Source: Lytechinus pictus (lineage: Eukaryota). From it: a DNA stretch of 64,000 nucleotides. Numbering within the stretch: position 1 is the stretch's first letter; each line of letters begins with the position of its first letter. Below the pieces are notes generated by a model, which saw only the letters and a list, made by a program, of their open reading frames with translations, did no database searches and was not told where the DNA came from. The stretch is taken from assembly GCF_037042905.1 (NCBI RefSeq), contig NC_087250.1, positions 19,160,001 through 19,224,000 of the forward strand, written 5' to 3'. Shown here piece by piece: positions 53,367 through 64,000 of the stretch. A program made the position numbers and the translations under genes.

Positions 53367-53716
53367 CATACCGGTGTGACCCTGGCTCGCGGGCCGCTGG
53401 GCTCCGAGTTATATCATAACCTTGTTCATAGAATGATTGGGTTCCGAGCAGAGACCACCACCCCCACCACAGTATACCCAGTTGTTGTGTGTCCGGACAG
53501 GTTGTGTGTCCGGACGATCAATTTTTAGAAAGTCATTTGGAAAAATTTACAAGGAAAGTTTTATCAATTTTTAGTACAAAATGTCAGGAAATATTATAGA
53601 GAACAAAATAGAAGATGATTACAACTATTGATTTCGTATTTGTAGTGTAATCCAATGACAAAAAAGAAGGCTTCAACAATACAAAGTGTCCGGACACCCG
53701 ATCCCCGGTATTTTAT

Positions 53717-55031
53717 AGATGGCAAATATAGCGATCTTCAACGCTTATATATAAGCGTCGAAATTTGTAGCCATCTCCTTGTATTAGTCTATATTATACG
53801 ACGTGTCAAATTGTAGCGAACTAGTTCGCTATTTCCAGATCTCCTCTATATATATACGACGGGAAATTGTAGCGAACTAGTTCGCTATTTTCCAGATCTC
53901 CTCTATATGACTATATACATACGACGGGAAATTGTAGCGAACTAGTTCGCTATTTTTCGGATCTCCTCGATATATACACGAGGGGGAATTGTAGCGAACT
54001 AGTTCGCTATTTTCCAGATCTCCTCTATACATACGACGGGAAATTTTAGCGAACTAGTTCGCTATTTTCCAGATCTCCTCTATATACATACGACGGGAAA
54101 TTGTTATAGCGAACTAGTTCGCTATTTTCCAGATCTCCTCTATACATACGACGGGAAATTGTAGCGAACTAGTTCGCTATTTTCCAGATCTCCTCTATAT
54201 ACGACGGGAAATTGTAGCGAACTAGTTCGCTATTTCCAGATCTCCTCTATATACGACGGGAAATTGTAGCGAACTAGTTCGCTATTTTCCAGATCTCCTG
54301 TATATACATACGATGGGAAATTGTACAATTTCAAAAGTGTATAGTTTTTTTTGGGACGCACTGTATAGAGGAGATCTGGAAAATAGCGAACTAGTTCGCT
54401 ACAATTTCCCGTCGTATATATATAGAGGAGATCTGGAAATAGCGAACTAGTTCGCTACAATTTCCCGTCGTAAGTATGTATATAGAGGAGATCTGGAAAA
54501 TAGCGAACTAGTTCGCTACAATTTCCCGTTGTATGTATATAGAGGAGATCTGGAAAATAGCGAACTAGTTTGCTACAATTTCCCGTCGTATGTATATAGA
54601 TGAGATCAGGAAAATAGCGAACTAGTTCGCTACAATTTCCCGTCGTATATATATATAGAGGAGATCTGGAAAATAGCGAACTAGTTCGCTACAATTTCCC
54701 GTCGTATGTAGAGGAGATCTGGAAAATAGCGAACTAGTTCGCTACAATTTCCTGTCGTATGTATATAGGCCTAGGCCTAGATGAGATCTGGAAAATAGCG
54801 AACTAGTTTGCTACAATTTCCCGTCGTATGTATATATTATTTATAGAGGAGATCTGGAAAATAGCGAACTAGTTCGCTACAATTCCCCCCTCGTGTATAT
54901 ATAGAGGAGATCTGGAAATAGCGAACTAGTTCGCTACAATTTGACACGTCGTATAATATACCAATACAAGGAGATGGCTACAAATTTCGACGCTTATATA
55001 TAAGCGTTGAAGATCGCTATATTTGCCATCT
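53717..55031. mobile_element. Foldback element with inverted arrays of ~55-bp units
   Basis: Perfect outer TIR AGATGGCAAATATAGCGATCTTCAACG..., about 9+10 units, TAT on both flanks. Confidence 0.85.
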
Positions 55032-55231
55032 TATTATTTCCCCCCGATCCCCCATCCTAGTCCTACCGTACCGGTAGGCGGTACGCGCTGAATTGTCTCT
55101 GCATCTTTCACGCCGTATACCGTACGGTACGTACGTACCGTACCGCTACCGGTAGGCGGTACGGAGGTGATTTCACGTCTTACTCTTACTCTACTGCAGA
55201 TCTGTAATTAAATCATAGTGAAAGAACTCAC

Positions 55232-55300
55232 CAGACTCGGCCCCAGACTCTATCTCAAATACTCAATTCTCGTAATTGAAAAGATTCAAGTCAGCTGTGC
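55232..55300 (-). other. Candidate non-coding first exon of gene B (5' end approximate)
   Basis: Consensus donor CTG|GTGAGT on the minus strand, in non-repetitive sequence; linkage to gene B is inferred. Confidence 0.35.
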
Positions 55301-56645
55301 CCATGCGAAATGTATAAGGTCTCTATTTCTGTTGACTGTCTTGGCCTTGGGCGCGGCTCGTGTTATCAATGGGTTTGTGATGCGTCCACTCTTTTTTTTC
55401 CTTTCATGATTTGTATTATTGAGCATACGGTAACATTAAATGTATGGAAAGCAATTTGTCCAAGAAAAACTTTATCATACGGTGTCACGCGCGTAAAACA
55501 TTCCCCATAGACTTGTGTTAACATGTGTTAACAATAAACGTGAAATTAGAGGGTCGAATGTTTATTACTATTGGATAGGATATATATCTGACATTCCATA
55601 TCTGACCAGAGAAGAGTATCATAGCCAGCTCATTTTAAAAATAAATCGCCATTTATCAAGATAACTATGATGGGATCAAATTTATCAACTGAAACAGTAA
55701 AATGGCCCTAATTCTTCCACCCGTCAAAAAATAGTTCCGATATATCTTCCCAATTTGGGGAAATGAAGTTCAGTAGTTACCATTTCTAGAATCAGTGTTA
55801 GATTTTCAATTACATTCATACACTTAAATTGTCAATCAGTAATATCAGATTGAACAAAAATTGAATTGGTTAATTGTGTCGAACGAATATCTTTAGCCTT
55901 TCTGTTGTAATTAGGCTCATGGAACCATAATAAAAATATTAATTTCGTGGATTAACCCTAATACTAGTAGACTGGGCAATTTAAATGCCTAAGGAGACTG
56001 AATAGGGGGGGGGGGGCTGATTATGATCTCGGCTATCGCTCGTGCAATCCCCCAGGCCATGGCATAATCTACAAAACTAGTAGTCCCTAGCCTAATATAA
56101 TAGTATAAGATCAGACTTTTCAAAAATCTAATTGCTAATCAAAAATGTTTATTTATTTATGCATAAAATCATTAGTATGCTCTAACTAAAAAATGCCCCT
56201 AAATGCTACGCCATTAATTGTGTGTTGCTTATTTTATGTAATAGCGCCACCTTGTGGTCGCTTTGGCTTGTTGAAGTGTTTTTACTGTTTTGCGTGCTTT
56301 GTAAGCACTTCGGTAGTATACAAATAATGCATGCAGCCGAGTGCGTTAGTGGAAATGCAGAGCACGCGAGGTTTCTTTAGATAGGAGTCGCACTGTGCAC
56401 GAGCCGCTTGCGGCGAGTGCCCAGTGTGCTCCATCTGAAGAAACCGAGCTTTCTCTGCATTTACTTTTACGCACGACAGATCAAGTGCATTATTTGTTTT
56501 ATAAAATAGCAACACAGAAACAATTTTTTAAAAAGTTACAGTACAGTTTTGTTGGACTTCTACCGCACTGGTTTGCTCGAGCGTGCAATGTCAATTTTCG
56601 TTGCACACCTTTTGCACTCCCGTGCAGTGCACAAAAAAAGTTGGA

Positions 56646-57140
56646 TGTCATGTGACGCGTATTGACCAATCGCGATGCTTGAAATAATACAGCTATTTTA
56701 TAACATCTCCTACCTGCTGCGGGTCGTGTTGAATAAAGAGTTCAAATTGTACGCCTTGTCTGTCGACTTGTTTGTTCTTTCGTGGTGGCAGCTTTGGAAA
56801 CGGATCCTAGCCTTTTCACTGCCCAAACGGTCTTCGTGCTTTCCTAGCAGTCAGGCATCCAGCTCTAGCTTGTTGGGGTAAGTGTACTAACTTTCACTCA
56901 CAAACACGGCTCGGCATAACGGTACGGTAGATCTATCATAGTCCCATCTATCCAGTTACTTGTCACTAAAACTATGGCTACCCCCAGAGCACCCAAACAA
57001 TGGTGTCTCACCAAAAACGAATCCGTTACATCTTTTGAGAATTGGAAGCAGAATTTGATTTACATCCTCACTCTCGATCCCAATTTTGCCATATTCTTAG
57101 GTGCCGATTTCACGTGGCATAAGAAAACAAAACATGACCC
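56646..57140 (+). mobile_element. Truncated LTR retrotransposon 5' end (short LTR, PBS, gag start at 56974)
   Basis: TG start, AATAAA at ~56732, PBS-like TGGTGGCAGC at 56783, [31 protein letters not shown] cut off by the next repeat. Confidence 0.6.
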
Positions 57141-58060
57141 CCCAGGTAAAAAAACCAGTTGAAACCAGTTGAAATTTTAACTGGTTTCAACTGGAGTCAA
57201 CTGGTACCAGTTGAAACCAATTGGCACAACTGGTAAACTCCCACCATACCAGTATATTCCAGTTGAAACCCATTGTCCCAACTGGACATGCTGAAAACAT
57301 ACAAGTTTATTCCAGTTGAAACCAATTAACTATACTGGTATAAATTAGTACACCAGTTAATACCAGTTAAAACCAATAGGCCTTTCTGGTTTATCTACCA
57401 ATAGATTCCAGTTTAAAACCCATTAGCCAAACTGGACCATTTGATGCCAGTTGGAACCCATAGAAACCCAATGGGTGTATATACCAGTTAATGCCACCTT
57501 AAACCCATAAACCATACTGGTATATCATTAAACCAATTGATACCAGTTAGAACCAACATGCATTACTGGTATACCTACCAGTTGATTCCAGTTAAAACCC
57601 ATAAACCAAACTGGATCAGGGTGTTCCAGTTGGAACCCATAGACCTCCCATAACCCCACTTGAAACCCATTAACCATACTGGAATATCAAACCAATGGAT
57701 ACCAGTTAGAACCAATATAGGCATTACTGGCATATCTACCAGCTGATTCCAGTTAAAAGCCATAAACCATACTGGAGCAGATTATACCAGTTGGAACCCA
57801 TAGACCTCCCATAACCCACTTGAAACCCATTAACCATACTGGAATTTCAAACCAATTGATACCAGTTAAATCCAGCATACATTACTGGTATACTACCAGT
57901 TGATTCCAGTTAAAAGCCATAAACCATACTGGACATATTTTACCAGTTGGAACCCATAGACCTACCATAACCCACTTGAAACCCATTAACCATACTGGAA
58001 TATCAAACCAATTGATACCAGTTAGAACCAATAGGACTTACCAGTTGATTCTAGTAAGAA
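57141..58060. repeat. CCCAG-terminated element with ACCAGTT satellite-like array (~185-bp period)
   Basis: Dense ACCAGTTG/AACTGG motifs and higher-order repeats (GGAACCCATAGACCT..). Confidence 0.75.
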
Positions 58061-58063
58061 CCT

Positions 58064-58206
58064 GTATATACATATATAATATATACATATATAATATATA
58101 CATATATAATATATACATATATATATATGTATATAAGAGGCAGAGTGGTAATGCATTGTACTTATTTCCAACAGAGTTTATATATATATATGTATATATA
58201 TTATAT
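58064..58206. repeat. TA-rich simple repeats; pure (TA)n also at 58845-58876
   Basis: Directly visible. Confidence 0.9.
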
Positions 58207-58842
58207 AAGAACTATGTTTTCATACCTTTGTTGTTTTATTTGTCGCTTCATTTAAACTGTAACTGACTTTTGAAATATTTTTGTAATTGTTGATATCTGC
58301 AGTAATCATTCAAATTTCTTACCCGACAGTACTGGATCAATATAGCTGTAACCCACTTTGCATTAATATTTATATTTTTTGTACAGATCATATTACTTCA
58401 AAGTCCTCTTATCTTTGTTTTTAATTCCTTTTGAGATAATTCTTTATGATTATCATTCATGAATGTGTTTCCTATAACTATTATTATTGTAACCATCAAC
58501 ACAGCGTTACTTTTCTTAAAAAAGCAAGTATTATTTCATACAATCCACTCTTTAATCTACATGTATTGTTATTTATTCAACATTGGTTAAATATATATTT
58601 ATGTGAAAATGTTCATTATGTTAAAGGTATATAAAGTTTAGCCTACTCCCAACCTTTGCCCGTTCCTGCTTTTGACATTACCTCCCCCCCCTGTATACTT
58701 TTCTTTTTGTATCCCCTTTCCAATATTATACATTAGTATACTTTGTTATTTTTTTGTTGCTTATTTGTTTACTGAAATTTTGCTCTGTACAAATTCATGA
58801 AATTCAGCCTTTTACCACAATAAATGCCATGCATTTATCCAT

Positions 58843-58877
<35 letters not shown>

Positions 58878-59589
58878 GTTGTTGTGATTAAAACAGCTCG
58901 ATTGAGGATAAGAGGAAAAAAATATCTACATAATAACTAACTTAATTATTCTTTATGTTAATTTTAATATTTCCACCTTGAAAAGTTTCATTAAAGTATG
59001 TGGTTCGATATTACCATATAACTTGAATCGAAACATGTTATTCTCAGTGAAATTTTCTAGTTTACATTAAAAAAATTGTTATCCTAGATATTTGTTGCGA
59101 GAAAAAATATTTCTTCCTATTTAATCCCTTTTTTCTAATTTAAGTTAAAGAGGACTTTTTTAAACTATTTTTTCAAATCATATAAAAATTAGTGTATTTT
59201 TCTTTTTTTTAACTCACTGATATTTTAAAAATATTTTTGAAGGTAAATAGAATAGCTATTTTTTTCTATTTATAACGCGCATATTTATTGCTAGTTTACA
59301 ACCTTGTCATGTTAAGCAAGGCTATCTTTATCTTTTAAAGAAAAAGAAAATAAATGAAATAGAAATAAAGAACAAATATTAAGCTAATTCATTCATAAAC
59401 TTCAAAAGAAAAAAAAAGCTCCAAAAGCAGAGGCAAAAATCGTCATTTCTAGACTGGTTGCCAACTAAAACCAAACAAGAAGAAATTTTTTATGTTAAGA
59501 AGTTCGTATATATCTATTTTAAAACTTCTTTCTTGCTTTAGACCCCCCCCCCCCCTTCATTATTCCTGACTCAGCAGATCTTCCTTCAA

Positions 59590-59750
59590 TCAACGGGCGC
59601 GGGCGGGCCTGCGCATGCGCACTGAGTGCCACTGATCGCTGTCGTCAGTATAATTATGCAAATTAACCAGCCGCCAAACTTAACGCAAACCGCCAATCTA
59701 ATTTGAATTTGAAATAGCCATCTTCGCCGCGCCGTTAATTTGCATTGCAC
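59590..59750 (+). promoter_or_regulatory. CpG-rich promoter-like region
   Basis: GC box GGGCGG, NRF1-type palindrome TGCGCATGCGCA (59610-59621), two octamer motifs, YY1-like GCCATCTT, followed by donor CAG|GTAAGT at 59875. Confidence 0.6.
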
Positions 59751-60458
59751 TTTTATCGAGAGCGATAAAGAAGGGTAAAGAAGGCCGTTTTAATAATAAT
59801 TCAACCACTGAAATCACACGGACCAGATTTGGACAATGACTTGAAAGCTAAGACATTCGCAGTAGGCTCTACAGGTAAGTTAACAATTTTCTATGATTTT
59901 CTTTTCGTAGTTTGTTAAATGGCGCGGCTCGCAGCTAGCTGCGGGGCTAGCTGTAACGTTAGAGTTCGTCAGGACATTACTGCCCCTCAGCGCTGCCTGC
60001 CGGCCGCGACTACTCGGGCGTGGATGTGTGGCTGCCATGCCGGTGCAAGTCTGCGCACATAGGCCCCCTACATCATATTGACCTTACGATTTGTGTTAAG
60101 ATTTAACATGAATTTCTTTTCATTTCACAAAATCTTTCAGTTGATATTGTTCCATATATTGTTATAAGTAAGTATGCAAAATAAATCTATTTAGAAAATG
60201 AGAGAGATATGTGTGAAACTGATTTTCTTGGGAAAAATCTGAGACTCGGCCAGTTATGATTTTCAATTTCAGATTTAACATTATGATAGTGGCCAGTGCC
60301 TCGTGTCTGCGCACCAATAACTTTACACACGATTTGAGGATTTTGATGAGAATCACATGAAATGCCGAAAATCGAAATTCATTATTTTTTCCACCATTTT
60401 AAGAGTCAGATTTTTTCATGAATAGCTGTTTATCACTTTTTGACTGTGTGTATTTCAG

Positions 60459-60636
60459 GAGAGAGGGAGACCCAAAACCACCTGGAGTCATACTGAGCCT
60501 CGAGGAGGAGATGAAGTCAGTGAACATGACCTGGGGGGCCGCTGGGGTACCGGTAGTTTCCAGAAGAAGGCCCAGCTCAGAACCGCCAGGAGTGGAGATC
60601 CGAATACTTCGTTGCTGCCCTCCATGCGAGGAGGCT
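60459..60636 (+). other. Probable exon made from a frameshifted RTE-LINE 3' end
   Basis: TATTTCAG| acceptor and |GTAAGT donor; different frames give RGRPKTTW, EEEMKSVNMTWG, QKKAQ and FVAALHA, typical of RTE-clade ORF C-termini. Confidence 0.6.
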
Positions 60637-61116
60637 GTAAGTTAGGTAATTCAGATGTCAAGTTTTCTTTTGGGGTCTTTGTGTATCTTCTATTATGAGA
60701 ATTATGGAAAAGAGATGGTGATTTCATGGTTTTAAAGATGTAAAATATGAAATTCTAGCACTTTTTTTAGGCCTAATAATTTTTTTTGAGGAGCGCGATA
60801 TTTTTGTACATGACCCAAGCCTAGTTTCACCACAGATTAATTAATAGCTACACAGCTGTTGCATTTACAATTTTAATAACAATCTACAACAATTGAGCAT
60901 TTTATAAAATTGAGTGTGTCTAGGAAAGCAAATTCGGAGGAGCTCGATTGAGCTCCTCAAAAACATAAGGAGAGCCATTTATTGAGCTCCATGGAATTAT
61001 AAACATGAAGGACTGATCACTGCGACATCGATTTCAGAAGTATTCCCAAGACCAAGTGAACTTACTCATTTTTTAAATAAATGTGATGATGTGCTGTTTA
61101 TCATTATAGTTTAATC

Positions 61117-62180
61117 ATTGATTCACAATCCCATGTATTTTTCTTAATGTGCAAATGGAATTTTACAACACTCTGTAGTAACCCTTGCTCGCCTTAGGTG
61201 TAGACATGTATTGCTATTCACTGTAATATAGACGTATTTGTTATTCACTGTTCACCGTACTGATTATTTTTCTCTCCATTGTTTTAAAAAAAATTCTTCA
61301 GATACATCGCATCTACCAGCAAAGAATGTGTGCCAGTACAGGAAAGGAATGTACCTGTCGCACATGAACTCTTCAGAGGCAGTGAGGACAACAAGATCTG
61401 CAAGCAAGTGATCCTTTTTGTAAGAAAATTTCCAATTTGTACATTTCACAATTAATTTTTTTTAAGCCTTTGTACACATTTAGAGTATCAAGGCTTACAA
61501 AATGTAAAAATTAAATGTTTGCCCAAAAATCATTATGGGAAAGGTGGATTTCCGAGGAAAAATCAAATCTATCTTTGTTTACACAGTTGTACGAGCAACC
61601 TTATAGGAGGCTTGTCTAGGCTCCGTGATGAAAATACAATGTAAAAATTGATTCACAATCCCATGTATTTTTCTTCATGTGCAAATGGAATTTTACAACA
61701 CTCTGTACTGTAGTAACCCTTGCCCGCCTTAGGTGTAGACATGTATTGCTATTCACTGTAATATAGACGTATTTGTTATTCGCTGTTGTTCACTGCACTG
61801 ATTATTTTTCTCTCCATTGTTTTTGAAAAAATTCTCCAGATACATTGCATCTACCAGCAAAGAATTTGTGCCAGTACAGGAAAGGAATGTACCTGTCGCA
61901 CGTGAACTCTTCAGAGGCAGTGAGGACAAGATCTGCAAGCAAGTGATCCTTTTTGTAAGAAAATTTCCAATTTGTACATTTTACAATTAATTTTTTTTTA
62001 AGCCTTTGTACACATTTAGAGTATCAAGGCTTACAAAATGTAAAAATGTAATGTTTGCCCAAAAATCATTATGGGGAAAGGTGGATTTCCGAGGGAAATC
62101 TATCTTTGTTTACACAGTTGTATGAGCAACCTTATAGGAGGCTTGTCTAGGCTCCGTGATGAAAATACAATGTAAAAATT
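61117..62180. repeat. Tandem ~530-bp duplication; third partial copy at ~63400-63745
   Basis: 61117-61646 is nearly identical to 61647-62180. Confidence 0.9.
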
Positions 62181-62475
62181 ATAAAATTATCTTCATGGAG
62201 TCCTCTAGGCTAGCCAGTGACATGGGCCCATGCCCATCAATTTTAATTCATGCTTTTGCATAACCAAATGGCGTGAATTTAAAACTGGAAGTATAATTTC
62301 AGATTGACCTCCGAAATGAAACGTGCACAATTAGTCTGAACTAAAATAACATTTCCTGAATTTTTCTTAAATCTGGAGGCTGAGGTATTTTTGTATCTTT
62401 GAAATTAAATTGGTTCTCGTTGTTTTTACCTCTGACTTACCAGTATGTGTAGGGGTACCGTAGAAGTAGAATTAA

Positions 62476-63066
62476 AGGGATGGTCCAGGCTGGAAACATA
62501 TCTCAATAAATAGAGTAAAATTCACAGAGCAAAATGCTGAAAACTTGATCAAATTGGATAACTAATTAAGGTTTTGAATTTTAAAGATTTGCATTATTCC
62601 GGTGAAATAGTTCTAGGCATGTCTTTATGAATATTCATTAGGTTGACTGATGATGTCATTGTCATATCCCAATTGCCCTTTTGTATTTTATTATATGAGA
62701 TTAGGTTTATTAAGATATTTTTAACCAAGAACTATTGACAATTGGATTGACAACTGATTAGGTGCATTAGTTATTGACGCAACTTATTTCATTACAATGG
62801 AGACGCATCATTTACACATGTATGAAAAAATCAAACATTTATGATTTCATCTAGTAACATAAAAAAAGGAAAGTGGAGATGTGACATCAGCCCACCTAAT
62901 GAATATTCATGACGAAGTGCATACAACTGTTTTCACAAAATATTGATAAACTTTAAAATTCAATAACTTCTTGTTATCCTATTTTGATGAAATTTTCATC
63001 ATTTTGCTCTGTGAATTTTACTCAAGTATTATTTAGATGTAAATATTTTCGGCCCGGACCATCCCT
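62476..63066. mobile_element. Kolobok-like MITE
   Basis: TTAA-AGGGATGGTCC...GGACCATCCCT-TTAA. Confidence 0.85.
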
Positions 63067-64000
63067 TTAATCCTCGGATAAAATTTTGAATTTCAATTTT
63101 TTTTTGCTTTGTCTTGCGTTTTTAAACATGCTCTGGGAACTGCTTTTTGAAAGTTGTCAGCATTAACAAGTTGTCTTTTTCCGACAGTTACCATAGTAAC
63201 AGTCAGAGGCCAGTGCTTCTCAGCCAATCAAAAGCAATGATTTCACTGAAATAGTCGGCACTGACAATCATGAAATACCCATCAGATGTTAGCAGATAAT
63301 GTGCAACATAGACTCCTAGATACATATATGCAAACATACATAGTCTAAGTCTTTATTATTAAAATAAATGTATAGGTATAAGGTCGAGGCAATTTCATCT
63401 CTGCGATGTCAATTTCAGAAGTATTCCCAAGACCATGTGAACTTACTATACATGTTGTAATAAAAATGATGATGTGCTGTCTATCATTTATAATTGAATC
63501 ATTGAAATATGGAACTTAGAGAAGTTTCACTATCCCATGTATTTTCTTTATGTGCAGATATAATTTTACACCCCTGAAATTTTGTATTACGGTATTCACT
63601 GTACTTATTATTTTTAATTCCATTGTTTTTTTTTTCTAATCTTCAGATACATCGCATCTACCAGCAAAGATCAAGTGCCACTACAGGAAAGGAAGGTACC
63701 TGTCTCACGTTTCCTCTTCAGAGCCAGTGAGGGCCCCAAGATCTCAATAAATAATAATTAAAAAAAGACTCCTTTATCATTCCTTTAAAAATAGTACATA
63801 TTGAAGGTAAATGCTTAGATGCATTATATTCAAATTTTGTCTCCAAGCTAGCTTGTAAAAATTGGATTGACTACATATTTACTGTGTAAGTTAATGATCT
63901 TTGTTGACACATAATACAAGAATTATACACAGCATGTTACAGTTTGTAACATAATTTTCTTTCATTAAATTCCCAGTTTCAATACCATATAGATGTTTTT

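Noticed and set aside
53800..54945. CRISPR-like palindromic repeat array
   Set aside because: The spacers are conserved sequence plus TA slippage rather than unique spacers, the array inverts midway, there are no cas genes, and the context is eukaryotic.
60418..60645. 75-aa ORF as a host protein exon
   Set aside because: It begins in intron-like sequence, and LINE motifs are split across frames.
61081..61130. Box C/D snoRNA candidate (GTGATGA)
   Set aside because: There is no CTGA D box at a suitable distance and no recognisable rRNA guide.

Overview
Eukaryotic, AT-rich, repeat-dense genomic DNA; the repeat types suggest a marine invertebrate, probably a sea urchin (inference). Three protein-coding genes can be reconstructed by eye. 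(1) A 71-aa NUPR1/p8 homolog (+, 10731-10946). (2) A ~524-aa C2H2 zinc-finger gene with two coding exons (+, 21110-23626), preceded by a probable 5'UTR exon. (3) A ~675-aa gene with five coding exons on the minus strand (46047 to 37318). It joins a PRDM9/SSX-type KRAB-A exon, a tandemly duplicated post-KRAB exon, a spacer exon and a terminal exon with 1+12 C2H2 fingers, with no visible SSXRD or PR/SET domain, so it has a KRAB-ZFP-like architecture in an invertebrate. A probable spliced non-coding transcript starts near 59.7 kb and includes an exonised RTE-LINE end. The rest is mostly nested non-autonomous DNA transposons (Academ-, Kolobok-, Harbinger-, hAT-, Tc1-, MULE-, P- and Sola-like; several with readable TSDs), Helentron-associated satellite elements, foldback palindromes, LINE and LTR fragments and simple repeats. 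Superfamily labels rest on termini and TSDs only; no database search was run.
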